64,000 bases of DNA from Candidatus Fermentithermobacillaceae bacterium. GTDB taxonomy: Bacteria; Bacillota; Sulfobacillia; Fermentithermobacillales; DUSS01. The stretch covers positions 43,109-107,108 of the forward strand of contig DYEQ01000029.1 of the NCBI GenBank assembly GCA_020725645.1. Direction: 5' to 3'. Below are positions 30,546 to 40,900 of the stretch, piece by piece. Position 1 is the stretch's first letter. Each line of letters begins with the position of its first letter. The notes beneath the pieces are model-generated. The model was not told the origin of the DNA. It was given only the letters and a program-made list of their open reading frames with translations, and searched no databases. A program made the position numbers and the translations under genes.

Positions 30546-31283
30546 ATGACGGCGATGGAAGAAAGGAAGCCGAAGTACCGTAGGATAGTCCTGAAGATAT
30601 CCGGGGAAGCCCTGGCGGGACCGTCCGGGTTCGGGATTGACTTCAATGTACTGGACAGCATAGCGAGGCAAGTTAAGGACGTTCACGAGAAGAAAGTTCA
30701 GGTTTCAATGGTCGTCGGCGGCGGGAATTTCTGGCGCGGGGCCAAAGGGGAAGCTTACGGGATGGACCGGGCTACTTCCGACTATATGGGGATGCTAGCT
30801 ACGGTCATCAACTGCATGGCTCTTCAAGAAAGGATGGAAAAACTCGGCCTGGAGACAAGACTCATGACATCCATCGAGATGAGAGAGGTAGCCGAGCCGT
30901 ATATCCGGCGCAAGGCCATACATCACCTTGACATGGGCCGGGTAGTCATCTTCGGCGCCGGTTCCGGCAACCCGTACTTTTCCACCGATACGACCGCTGC
31001 GTTGAGGGCCGCGGAAATAGGGGCGGACATCATCCTCATGGCTAAACGGGGAACGGACGGGGTCTACGACTCGGACCCCAATCTCAACCCGGATGCCAGG
31101 AGGTTTTCCAGGCTCGACTACATGGATTTGATTCAGAAACGGTTGAAAGTTATGGACGCTACGGCCACTACGCTCTGCATGGATAATCGCATACCCATGA
31201 TCGTGTTCGATATCGACATCTACGGGAACATTGAACGCGCGGTCATGGGAGAGGAGATCGGTACATTCGTCGGGAGGGATTAG
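30546..31283 (+). CDS. pyrH: UMP kinase
   Basis: [15 protein letters not shown]... amino-acid kinase fold; 245 aa. Confidence 0.95.
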   Translation: MTAMEERKPKYRRIVLKISGEALAGPSGFGIDFNVLDSIARQVKDVHEKKVQVSMVVGGGNFWRGAKGEAYGMDRATSDYMGMLATVINCMALQERMEKLGLETRLMTSIEMREVAEPYIRRKAIHHLDMGRVVIFGAGSGNPYFSTDTTAALRAAEIGADIILMAKRGTDGVYDSDPNLNPDARRFSRLDYMDLIQKRLKVMDATATTLCMDNRIPMIVFDIDIYGNIERAVMGEEIGTFVGRD

Positions 31284-31285
31284 TT

Positions 31286-31846
31286 ATGGACGAAACCGGC
31301 GTTATGCGGCGAGCTGAGGAGCGTATGAAGAAAGTCATCGAGACCCTTAAGAAGGACTTTGCCGGAGTCAGAGCTGGTCGTGCCAGCCCAGCTTTACTTG
31401 AAAAAGTGATGGTGGATTACTACGGAATCCCCACTCCCGTAAACCAAGTCGCCACCATCGGCGTCGTACCCCCGAGAACCCTCGTGGTTCAACCGTGGGA
31501 TAAGAAGATGCTGGGAGCTATCGAAAAAGCTATTTTAAAGGCTGACCTGGGTGGCCCACCCGTTTCCGATGGGAATGTCGTACGGGTGAGTATCCCTTCG
31601 CCCTCAGGCGAAAGACGGCAGGAGATCGTGAAGCAGCTCAGGAAAATGGCGGAGACGCAGAGGGTTGCGATAAGGAACATACGAAGGGAGATCAATGAAG
31701 AAATCAAGAAGAGCGAGAAGGACGGGGAACTATCCGAGGACGAATCCAGGCGGGCCCAGGAAAAGGTCCAGAAGCTGACGGATAAGTATATAGAAACCAT
31801 CGACGAGATGCTCGAGGCCAAAGAGAAAGAGGTCATGGAAGTGTGA
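31286..31846 (+). CDS. frr: Ribosome recycling factor
   Basis: 186 aa with the Frr signature (GVRAGRASPALLEKVMVDYYG..., RNIRREINEEIKK). Confidence 0.95.
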   Translation: MDETGVMRRAEERMKKVIETLKKDFAGVRAGRASPALLEKVMVDYYGIPTPVNQVATIGVVPPRTLVVQPWDKKMLGAIEKAILKADLGGPPVSDGNVVRVSIPSPSGERRQEIVKQLRKMAETQRVAIRNIRREINEEIKKSEKDGELSEDESRRAQEKVQKLTDKYIETIDEMLEAKEKEVMEV

Positions 31847-32622
31847 CGGAAGGATCGTTCCAGTCGCGGGACTCTCACGACGGCGATGAAGAGATCTGGC
31901 TTCGACGAGCTCGGGCGGGGAGCGTTCCCCGCCATGTCGCCTTCATTATGGATGGAAACGGGCGGTGGGCTCAAAAGAGGGGGCTTCCGCGCACGGAAGG
32001 GCACCGGGCAGGAGTGGAGAGCTTAAGAGCTGTGATCCCAGCTCTTGTCAATCTGGGCGTACCTTTCGCCACTTTCTATGCATTCTCTACGGAAAACTGG
32101 AAACGTCCCGCCGAAGAGGTGCGCTTCTTGTTCGATCTCCTGGTCCAGTACTCGAAGGAAGACCGCAGGGAATTGATGGAGCGAGGGGTTAAGCTTCGAG
32201 CTATAGGCCAAGTGGACGAGCTACCCAGAGCGGTTAGAGCAGCTATTTGGGAGCTGGAAAGAGAGACCTCTAGCGGCAGAAATCTTACTGTAAACGTGGC
32301 CCTGAACTACGGGAGCCGGCAGGAGATCCTGAGAGCTGTAAAGGAGATAGCCAGGTCTTTCGTCGGCGGTGAAATCGACCTGGAGAAATTGTCGGAGGCC
32401 CAGTTTGCCGCCTATCTTTATACCGCCGGACAGCCCGATCCGGACCTCATCATCAGGACATCGGGGGAAATGAGGCTTTCCAACTTCCTGCTATGGCAAG
32501 GAGCTTACTCTGAACTTTACTTCACCGAAGTGCTCTGGCCGGAATTTCGTCCTATTCATCTTTACAAGGCGGTTGTGGATTACGCCGGGCGGCGCCGGCG
32601 GTTCGGCGGGATCGAGGCTTGA
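31843..32622 (+). CDS. uppS: Undecaprenyl diphosphate synthase
   Basis: HVAFIMDGNGRWAQKRGLPR, ENWKRP and RTSGEMRLSNFLLWQ motifs. Confidence 0.95.
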   Translation: MTEGSFQSRDSHDGDEEIWLRRARAGSVPRHVAFIMDGNGRWAQKRGLPRTEGHRAGVESLRAVIPALVNLGVPFATFYAFSTENWKRPAEEVRFLFDLLVQYSKEDRRELMERGVKLRAIGQVDELPRAVRAAIWELERETSSGRNLTVNVALNYGSRQEILRAVKEIARSFVGGEIDLEKLSEAQFAAYLYTAGQPDPDLIIRTSGEMRLSNFLLWQGAYSELYFTEVLWPEFRPIHLYKAVVDYAGRRRRFGGIEA

Positions 32623-32667
32623 CTCTCCGGACAGGACGACCGGAGACTACCATGGGGGGAACGGTGT

Positions 32668-33462
32668 GTGCTGAGGGAGCGGGTGTTGTCCGCAGCTGTG
32701 TTCGTTCCCATAATGGTCGCTGCCTTTTATTTGGGCGGAGCGGCGTTTTATGTTTTTCTGGGTGTAATGGCGTTTCTCGGTGGGTTGGAATACCGGGAAA
32801 TGCTCAGAAAGAAAGATGTGGAGATACACGGGGCATTTCCGTTCCTTGTGGCCGTCGTAGCTACCTCAAGCGCTGCCCGGCATCCGGGGGCCATCATCGT
32901 GGCCTTGGTCGGGGCAGCTATGATCGTTTTGGTGCTGGGGTTGTGGCAGGGCGGTTTCGCTTCGGCCGGAGGTGGGCTCGCCGGGCTGGTGTACCTAGGA
33001 GCTTTTTCGGCGCTTTTGGGCGTTCTTCGCGGGACATCCGGCGGCAGGGAATGGGCCTTTCTAGTCCTGGGCGCCACTTGGGCCACGGACGTCGTCGCCT
33101 ACTTCGTAGGGTCGCTTGCGGGCAAGCGGCGGATAGCTCCGGGCATAAGTCCCGGGAAGACCTGGGAGGGCGCGGTATCGGGAGTGATAGCTGCGTCCGG
33201 GGCGGCGTATGGTTTATCGCGGCTTTGGGGGATGGACCCGCTGTTCGCCCTCATGGCCGGGGCGTTGCTGGGTGTAGCGGCGGAGCTCGGTGACCTCGTG
33301 GAGTCAGCTCTGAAGCGGTTTGCGGGGGTCAAAGATTCGGGCAAGATTATCCCCGGTCACGGAGGTGTGCTCGATAGATTTGACAGCCTCTTGTTTAGCG
33401 GCGCCACCGGGTTGTTCTTGTTCTTGCTTTACCGTATCCTCATCCTGGGACGGATTCGGTGA
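32668..33462 (+). CDS. cdsA: Phosphatidate cytidylyltransferase
   Basis: 264 aa polytopic protein with the CTP-transferase 1 signature (GKTWEGAVSGVI... HGGVLDRFDSLLF). Confidence 0.9.
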   Translation: MLRERVLSAAVFVPIMVAAFYLGGAAFYVFLGVMAFLGGLEYREMLRKKDVEIHGAFPFLVAVVATSSAARHPGAIIVALVGAAMIVLVLGLWQGGFASAGGGLAGLVYLGAFSALLGVLRGTSGGREWAFLVLGATWATDVVAYFVGSLAGKRRIAPGISPGKTWEGAVSGVIAASGAAYGLSRLWGMDPLFALMAGALLGVAAELGDLVESALKRFAGVKDSGKIIPGHGGVLDRFDSLLFSGATGLFLFLLYRILILGRIR

Positions 33463-33484
33463 TCCAGCGTAAATCGGTCTAGGG

Positions 33485-34519
33485 GTGTTCTTGTTGAGCA
33501 CGCGTACGATTTCCTACGTGGTATTGCTGTTTATACTCATATATCTTTTCCTTCGGTTCGTTCTTCCTTACGTGATGCCGTTTGCCCTCGGTGTCTTTCT
33601 CGCATTTCTTCTGGAACCGATAGTGTCGTTTTTCGTCTTCCGGTTACGACTGAAACGCTCGTGGAGCGCGCTCCTTACGATTATCGTGGTTCTGGCGATT
33701 TTCTCCTACCTGGTTTCGCTCGGAGTTACGAGGCTGTTTAACGAAATAGCTGACCTTTATCAGTACTTTCCCCAGTATTATGCGGACATCCAGGAGCTCG
33801 TGGAGCTCGTTTTGAGTTACGCCGGAGAAGTGTCGGGGCGGCTTCCCCGTCCTCTCCAAGCTATACTCCAGGACCAGTGGAACCGGGTTTACGAGGTCCT
33901 GGCGAGGGTGGTGAGCGGCGCAGGGGGAGTCATCAAAGCTCTTCCGGGGGTGACGGTTTCCGCCATCTTCACGCTTCTCAGCGCGTATTTTGTCATCCGC
34001 GACCGCGCTCACATAAGTGAGTTCTTGCGGGATCTGGTCCCTGCCGGACTCTTTCAAACCGTGAAGAACGTCGAACTCGACATCCTGCGGGGAGTCGCCG
34101 GCTTCATAAGAGTTCAAACGGTCCTCATAGCCCTCAGCATGCTGGTGAACGTAGCGGGCCTCAGTCTTCTGGGAGCGAGGTACGCCGTGGTCGTGGGCAT
34201 ACTGGTCGCTCTCCTTGACTTGCTTCCCGTGGTCGGACCCGGGGTTGTGTACGTACCATGGGTGGTGTATGAGTTTACCTGGGGAAGCCCCGCCAGAGCT
34301 ATCGGCCTTCTGGGCCTGTACGGCGGCGTTTCGGTGTTCAGGCAAATAGCCCAGACTCACCTGGTTGGAAGGGAATTGGGGCTTCACCCGCTGGAGACTC
34401 TCGTCTCCCTTTACGTGGGCTACAAGGTTTTCGGTACGATCGGTCTCGCATACGGTCCTCTGGTGGCTATCTTCGTAAAGGGTTTGTGGAAATCCGGGGT
34501 GATTCCGCGGGAGAGGTGA
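33485..34519 (+). CDS. AI-2E family transporter (PerM/YtvI-like membrane protein)
   Basis: 344 aa with eight transmembrane segments and UPF0118 features (LPVVGPGVVYVPWVVYEF). Not present at this position in B. subtilis. Confidence 0.7.
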   Translation: MFLLSTRTISYVVLLFILIYLFLRFVLPYVMPFALGVFLAFLLEPIVSFFVFRLRLKRSWSALLTIIVVLAIFSYLVSLGVTRLFNEIADLYQYFPQYYADIQELVELVLSYAGEVSGRLPRPLQAILQDQWNRVYEVLARVVSGAGGVIKALPGVTVSAIFTLLSAYFVIRDRAHISEFLRDLVPAGLFQTVKNVELDILRGVAGFIRVQTVLIALSMLVNVAGLSLLGARYAVVVGILVALLDLLPVVGPGVVYVPWVVYEFTWGSPARAIGLLGLYGGVSVFRQIAQTHLVGRELGLHPLETLVSLYVGYKVFGTIGLAYGPLVAIFVKGLWKSGVIPRER

Positions 34520-34556
34520 ATCCCCCGCTGAACCCGCTGAAGGAGAAGGGGAATCA

Positions 34557-35732
34557 TTGAGGAAAGTCGTCATTCTCGGCGCAACAGGGTCCATCGGCAG
34601 GCAGTGTCTTGAGGTAATCCAGGATCAAAGCGGCTTTTCGGTAATCGGACTTGCTGCTGATTCGAGCTGGGAAGAGCTCCTCGACGCTGCCGTCCGTCAC
34701 CGTCCGTCCTTCGTTGCAATGGTCAACGCCCAAGCTTCGGGGCGCTTAGCTCAGGCCCTTTCCGAACGGGGGTGCCCCGGTATTCAGATCTTCCACGGCC
34801 AGGAAGGGGTATGCAAACTGGCGGCGCTGGAAGAAGCGGACATCGTGGTCCACGCGATACCGGGCTTTGAAGGTTTACGTTCCCTGCTGGCCGCTCTCGA
34901 GGCCGGCAAAACCGTAGCTTTCGCAGGAAAGGAGGCACTGGTGTCCGCCGGAGATCTCGTTACGAGGACGGGGGAAAGGACGGGGGCGAAAATCGTCCCA
35001 GTAGATTCGGAGCATAACGCAATCTTCCAGTGTCTGGCGGGGGAAGATAGGGAGGATATATCCGGTATTATTCTGACCGCCTCGGGTGGTCCCTTCTGGG
35101 AATTGAGTATCGAGGAGATGGCGACGGTCGGGCCGGCGGAAGCTCTCCGGCACCCGACGTGGCGCATGGGACCGAAGATAACTGTGGATTCGGCCACCTT
35201 TTTCAACAAAGCGCTGGAGGTTATCGAAGCTCACTACCTGTTCGGAGTGGGCTACGACCGAATTTCCGTGCTTGTTCATCGCGAAGCTATCGTCCACTCT
35301 ATGGTGGTATTCAAGGACGGGAGCATCAAAGCTCTCATGTCCTATCCTGACATGCGCCTTCCCATATCGTATGCGCTTAATTACCCGGAGCGGGGTCAAG
35401 CTGTCACTTCCCAGCTGGATTTGAAAGGAAAGACGCTCACCTTCACCCAGCCTGACCCCGAGCGCTTTCCCTGCCTGGACCTGGGCTTTCGGGCGGGTAG
35501 GATGGGGGGAACTGCGCCTTGCTTCATCTCGGCGGCGGATGAAGAGGCGGTGAAGCTGTTTTTGTCGGGCGTCATTCCGTTTACCGCCATCTACCGTGTT
35601 CTCGACCTGGCTCTCTCCGGATACGAACCGGTCGAGGCATCATCCCTCGAAGTTTTGGAGAAAGAAGCTCACCGGGGTAAACTCAGGGTCAGAGAGATCG
35701 TCGATAAAGGCCTGGCATTCTCGTGGGTTTGA
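34557..35732 (+). CDS. dxr: 1-deoxy-D-xylulose 5-phosphate reductoisomerase
   Basis: N-terminal NADPH motif ILGATGSIGRQ, followed by PVDSEHNAIFQCL and ALRHPTWRMGPKITVDSAT. Confidence 0.95.
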   Translation: MRKVVILGATGSIGRQCLEVIQDQSGFSVIGLAADSSWEELLDAAVRHRPSFVAMVNAQASGRLAQALSERGCPGIQIFHGQEGVCKLAALEEADIVVHAIPGFEGLRSLLAALEAGKTVAFAGKEALVSAGDLVTRTGERTGAKIVPVDSEHNAIFQCLAGEDREDISGIILTASGGPFWELSIEEMATVGPAEALRHPTWRMGPKITVDSATFFNKALEVIEAHYLFGVGYDRISVLVHREAIVHSMVVFKDGSIKALMSYPDMRLPISYALNYPERGQAVTSQLDLKGKTLTFTQPDPERFPCLDLGFRAGRMGGTAPCFISAADEEAVKLFLSGVIPFTAIYRVLDLALSGYEPVEASSLEVLEKEAHRGKLRVREIVDKGLAFSWV

Positions 35733-36841
35733 GGGTGATCTCGTTGTCAATGTGGTCGGTTACGTTCGCTGTAGCTGTATCGCTGGTTGCGCCCGGCGAT
35801 TCTCCGGCATTCCGGATAGCCGTGGCCATCGTCTTCTTAGGAATCATGGCGTTTTTTCACGAACTCGGGCATTTTCTCGCGGGCAAGAGATTCGGTGTGT
35901 TTGTCCACGAGTTTGGTCTGGGATTCGGTCCGTCGCTGGTATCCTTTAGGGTGGGCGAAACCAGGTACTCGCTGAAGCTTTTTCCCCTTGGCGGATTCGT
36001 CCGATTCGCGGGAGAACCGGGAAGCGGCGCTGTGGGCGACGACGCAGCGGTTCCCGTCGAAAGACGGTTTTACTCCCAGCCGGCGTTGGGAAAAGCTGTG
36101 ATCGTGGCGGCCGGTCCGACCATGAATCTTATCCTGGCTGCCCTTTTGTTTTTCCTTGTGTTTTCCGTTACCGGGCTCGATCGGACCACGCCTTTCATCG
36201 GCGAGGTCACTGCCGGAAAGCCAGCGGCCCAAGCGGGGATGCTTCCGGGGGATCGGGTGGTGGAAGTAGAGGGACATCCCGTGAAAGAGTGGGAAGATAT
36301 GGTTACAGTGGTGCGCCGCCGTCCGGGGTTGCCCACCAGATTTGTAGTGGAGCGGGATGGACGGCAGCTGGAGATGGTGATTACACCGGAAAACGTAAAC
36401 GGCACCGGCATGATCGGGGTACAATCGCGGCTCGAGAGATCGCGGCTGCATCCGATCGAAGGCATGGTCAGCGCTTTCAAAGAAACCGTTTACGTGGTGA
36501 CCTTCTGGGTGAAAGGTCTCATTGAAACCATTGCCGGGAAGGTACGCCCGGAGATCACCGGGCCTGTCGGGATCAGTCAAATTTTAGGAGAAGCTGCTTC
36601 AGCGGGCATAGCTCCTTTCCTCTATTTCCTCGGGGCGATCTCAGCTAACCTCGGGCTCATCAACCTCCTTCCCATTCCCGCGCTGGACGGGTCGAGGTTG
36701 CTTTTCGCGGCGGTGGAGGGTGTCAGAGGAAAGCCGGTGGATCCGGAAAAGGAGAATTTCATACACTTCATCGGATTTGCCATCCTCATGGCGCTTTTCG
36801 TCATCATCACCTACAGGGATATCATGCGGCTTATCATGTGA
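35723..36841 (+). CDS. rseP: Site-2 protease RseP (regulated intramembrane proteolysis zinc metalloprotease)
   Basis: HELGHFLAGKRFGV zinc site, PDZ domain, and LDGS in the last transmembrane segment. Confidence 0.9.
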   Translation: MGLRVISLSMWSVTFAVAVSLVAPGDSPAFRIAVAIVFLGIMAFFHELGHFLAGKRFGVFVHEFGLGFGPSLVSFRVGETRYSLKLFPLGGFVRFAGEPGSGAVGDDAAVPVERRFYSQPALGKAVIVAAGPTMNLILAALLFFLVFSVTGLDRTTPFIGEVTAGKPAAQAGMLPGDRVVEVEGHPVKEWEDMVTVVRRRPGLPTRFVVERDGRQLEMVITPENVNGTGMIGVQSRLERSRLHPIEGMVSAFKETVYVVTFWVKGLIETIAGKVRPEITGPVGISQILGEAASAGIAPFLYFLGAISANLGLINLLPIPALDGSRLLFAAVEGVRGKPVDPEKENFIHFIGFAILMALFVIITYRDIMRLIM

Positions 36842-36862
36842 ACCGGCCGGAGGCGGAAACTC

Positions 36863-37942
36863 ATGAGGAAGGTAAGAACCCCCGTGAGGGTAGGTTCCAT
36901 CGTCATCGGCGGAAACGCTCCTATCTCCGTCCAGGCGATGACCAAGACGGACACCAGGGATTTCGAAGCAACCCTTGCCCAGATTCGCTCGCTGGTTGAA
37001 GAGGGAGCGGAAATAGTCCGGGTAGCTATTCCCGACGAGGAGTCATGCCGGGTACTGGGGCGTCTCAAGAGAGAGGTAGAAGTGCCCCTGGTAGCTGACA
37101 TTCATTTCGACCCGAAGCTCGGCCTCAAAGCTCTTGAAGCTGGTGTGGACAAGATCAGGGTCAACCCGGGGAACATCGGAGGGAAAGATGCCCTTCTCGA
37201 ACTGGCCAAGGAGGCGAGGAGGCGCGGAGCTGCCATAAGGATCGGTGTGAATTCGGGTTCGGTCGAAAGGGAGATCCTTGCCCGGTACGGCAGGCCCTCC
37301 GCCGAAGCTATGGTGGAAAGCGCCCTCGGTCATGTGCGCTTCCTCGAAGACCACGGGGTGGACGGAATAGTCATCTCCCTGAAATCGTCCTCAGCGTGGG
37401 AGACGGTAAAAGCTTACCGGCTCATCCACGAAAAGACTTCCTGGCCTCTTCACGTCGGAGTCACGGAGGCGGGGCCGGGCATGTCAGGCGTGGTGAAGTC
37501 GGCTGTGGGTATCGGTGCTCTGCTGGCGGAGGGAATCGGTGATACGGTGAGGGTATCTCTTTCGGCGTCCCCCGAAGAAGAAGTGAGAGTAGCCCGGGAT
37601 ATCCTTCAATCTCTCGAACTTCGCACGTTCGGGCCGGACGTGATCGCGTGTCCCACCTGTTCCCGCTGTCAGGTTGAGGACCTTCCCGTTGTGGCGATCA
37701 GGGTGAAAAAGGCCCTGGAGGGCGTCAAAGAGCCGCTCAAAGTAGCTGTGATGGGTTGCCCGGTGAACGGGCCCGGGGAAGCTAAAGAAGCTGATGTGGG
37801 CATCGCCTGCGGCAGGGACGGCGGAATCCTCTTCCAGAGAGGCGAGCCCCGCGGGCGGGTGGAAAAGGAAGGGATGGTCGAAGCCCTTGTAGCTCTGTGC
37901 AGGGAGGAAATCGAGGCCAGGAGGCGGGGGGACTTCCGGTGA
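36863..37942 (+). CDS. ispG: 4-hydroxy-3-methylbut-2-enyl diphosphate synthase IspG/GcpE
   Basis: 359 aa TIM-barrel with a C-terminal CxxC...C Fe-S motif (CPTCSRCQV...GCPVNGPGE). Confidence 0.9.
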   Translation: MRKVRTPVRVGSIVIGGNAPISVQAMTKTDTRDFEATLAQIRSLVEEGAEIVRVAIPDEESCRVLGRLKREVEVPLVADIHFDPKLGLKALEAGVDKIRVNPGNIGGKDALLELAKEARRRGAAIRIGVNSGSVEREILARYGRPSAEAMVESALGHVRFLEDHGVDGIVISLKSSSAWETVKAYRLIHEKTSWPLHVGVTEAGPGMSGVVKSAVGIGALLAEGIGDTVRVSLSASPEEEVRVARDILQSLELRTFGPDVIACPTCSRCQVEDLPVVAIRVKKALEGVKEPLKVAVMGCPVNGPGEAKEADVGIACGRDGGILFQRGEPRGRVEKEGMVEALVALCREEIEARRRGDFR

Positions 37943-40900
37943 GCGTGAGATTCGTGACACCCGAAACTCAAGTCTTCCTCGGCGACCTTTTATCGTGCAT
38001 CCCCGGAGAGGGCGATGCTGGGAAGGGGCTCGAGATGATTTCCCGCCTTTTGGTTGTAGGAATCGAAGTGGATACCTCCGCCGGCACCTGGACCCTTTGT
38101 CTTGAAGCGGATAATGGCCGGCTCCCTTCTGGTACGCCCAGAGAGGAGCTGGACAGGCGGCTCAGAGAAGCTGCGGTGAAGCTCGAGCGGTTTGTCCCGG
38201 AAGCCCTGGAGGTCGGGTTCAGGATTCAGGGAGTCTCAAGGGAACCCGGGGAGGTCAAGCGGAAGGGAGCGTCCGGCGGCGCTGACGAAGACGGCGTGAT
38301 CCTTGGCAGACCGGTTCGCTCAACGCCGGTAGATATATCGTCGCTCACGGGCGGAGAAAAGGAGAACGTGACGGTAAGGGGCACCATTTGCGACGTATCC
38401 GTGAGAAAGGGCCGTTCGGGAGATACCGTCGTCGAAATGGTCATAACCGACAGGAAAGATTCTGTTTTCGCCAGGGCGTTTTTCTCTGACGAGAAGTTCC
38501 TGCAGCTGTCCCCCGGCGTTACCGTCACGGTACGCGGCCGGTCATCTTTGGACAAGCTTTCCATGGAGCCTTTCATCCTCTGCCATGATATCTGCTTGGC
38601 CGAACCGGAAATGAGAAGGGATGATTACCCCGATAAGAGGGTCGAGCTTCACCTCCACACGAAAATGAGTGCTCTCGACTCCGTACTCGATCTCGAAAAA
38701 GCTATCGAAAGGGCCGCGTTTTGGGGGCACGGAGCTTTAGCCATCACCGACCACGGCGTGGTGCAGGCGTTTCCCGAGGCGGAGCATCTGGCAAGGAAAT
38801 ACGGAGTGAAGGTGATTTACGGGCTCGAGGGATACTTGGTGGAAGACGGGGGTGATACCGGGCCCAGTTACCACATCACGCTTCTCGTGAAAGATCAAGT
38901 AGGCTTGAAGAATCTCTACCGGATCGTGACCGAGTCCCATCTTCACCACTTTTACAGAACCCCGCGCATTCCCCGTGGGCTTCTGTCTCAATTTAGAGAG
39001 GGAATCCTGGTAGGGTCGGCGTGCGAGGCCGGCGAGGTGTTCCAGGCGGTCCTGTCGGGGCGGGGGTCCCTCCAGGACGTGGCCTCGTTTTACGATTACC
39101 TGGAAATTCAGCCTAGCGACGTGAACGCTTTTCTCGTAACGGACGGTCGCGTCAAGTCCAGAGAGGAACTCGGCCTTTTGAATAAGAAGATCGTCGAACT
39201 CGGCCTAGCTTTAGGTATCCCCGTGGTCATGACGGGGGATGCCCACTACCTCGACCCGGAAGACGAGATTTACAGGAGGATTCTGCTCTCGGTCAAAGGT
39301 ATGGAGCAAGGAGAAAGGCCCGCCCCCCTCCATTTCAGGAGCACTGCCGAACTCATGGATGAAGCCCGGTCGTACTTAGACCCTGACCTGGCAAGGCTCG
39401 TGGTGGTGGAAAACCCCAGGCGCATCGCGGAGCAGGTAGCTCCGGTCACTCCGGTCCGCCCGGGCCTTCACTGCCCGCGGCTAGATGACCAGGACGATCT
39501 CTTGCGGAGCATGGCCGAAGAAGGAGTACGGAAACTTTACGGGCCCGATCCGTCTCCCCTTGTAAAAGAGCGGTTGGAACGGGAGCTTCGGGCCATCATC
39601 GGAAACGGATATGCTCCCATATACCTCATAGCTGCCAGAATGGTGGCCAAGTCGGAAAGGGACGGTTACATGGTGGGGTCAAGAGGCTCCGTCGGTTCCT
39701 CCCTCGTAGCGAGGGCCGTAGGGATCACCGAGGTAAACCCGTTGCCTCCCCACTACGTATGTCCTAACTGTTACTGGTGCGAGTTGCCCAACGCCGAAGG
39801 AGCCGGGTCAGGTTTCGATCTCCCTCCCAAAAACTGCCCCCGGTGCGGACGAGATTTGATAAGGGATGGTCAGGATATTCCATTCGAAACGTTCATGGGG
39901 TTCGGCGGAGACAAGGTACCCGATATCGACCTGAACTTCTCTGGAGAGGAACAGCAGGAGATGTTCAAGTTCATTACGGAGCTCCTCGGGGAAGGCAACG
40001 TGTTCAGAGCTGGCACCATATCCACGGTGGCGCGAAAGACCGCGTTTGGATTCGTCAAACACTTTACAGAAGAAACGGGTAGAAAGCTTAGACGAGCCGA
40101 GGAAATCCGGCTGGTCAAGGGGATAGAGGGCGTCAAGAGGACGACGGGGCAGCATCCCGGCGGTGTGATGGTGGTCCCCCGGGGCGAAGACGTGCTGGAT
40201 TTCACGCCGCTTCAGTATCCCGCGGACGATAGGGAGGCGGGCGCAATAACCACCCATTTCGACTACGAATCCATTCAGGGGCATCTCATCAAGGTGGATA
40301 TCCTGGGACACGATGACCCGACCGTCCTGAAGATGCTTCAGGAGCTCACCGGGGTCGACCCGCGCAGTATACCCATGGACGACCCGGAGACTTTGAAGCT
40401 CTTTTCCGGGGAAAACCCTGACGATGCCCTGGGCATTCCCGAATTCGGGACTAGGTTCGTCCGGACGATGCTCACCGAAACCAGGCCGGCCACCTTTGCT
40501 GACCTCGTTCGCATTTCCGGGCTCTCTCACGGGACCGATGTTTGGGCTAATAACGCCAGGGACCTGATACGGGAGGGCAAAGCTAAACTCTCCCAGGTCA
40601 TCGCAACCCGAGAGGATATCTTCCTTTATCTCATGAAGATGGGCCTTCCTCCCGAAAGGGCATTTGGCATATCGGAAAAGGTGCGAAAGGGCAAACCTCT
40701 CGATGAGGAGGATATCTCCCTCATGCGCGAGAAGGGGGTACCCGACTGGTACATCCAGTCTTGCAGGAAGATCACCTATCTCTTTCCGAAAGCTCACGCC
40801 GTCGCTTACGTGACCACGGCCTTCCGCATCGCCTGGTACAAGAGGCATTACCCCGAAGCGTTTTACGCCGCGTACTTCACATTTCACGGATCCGCTCTTA

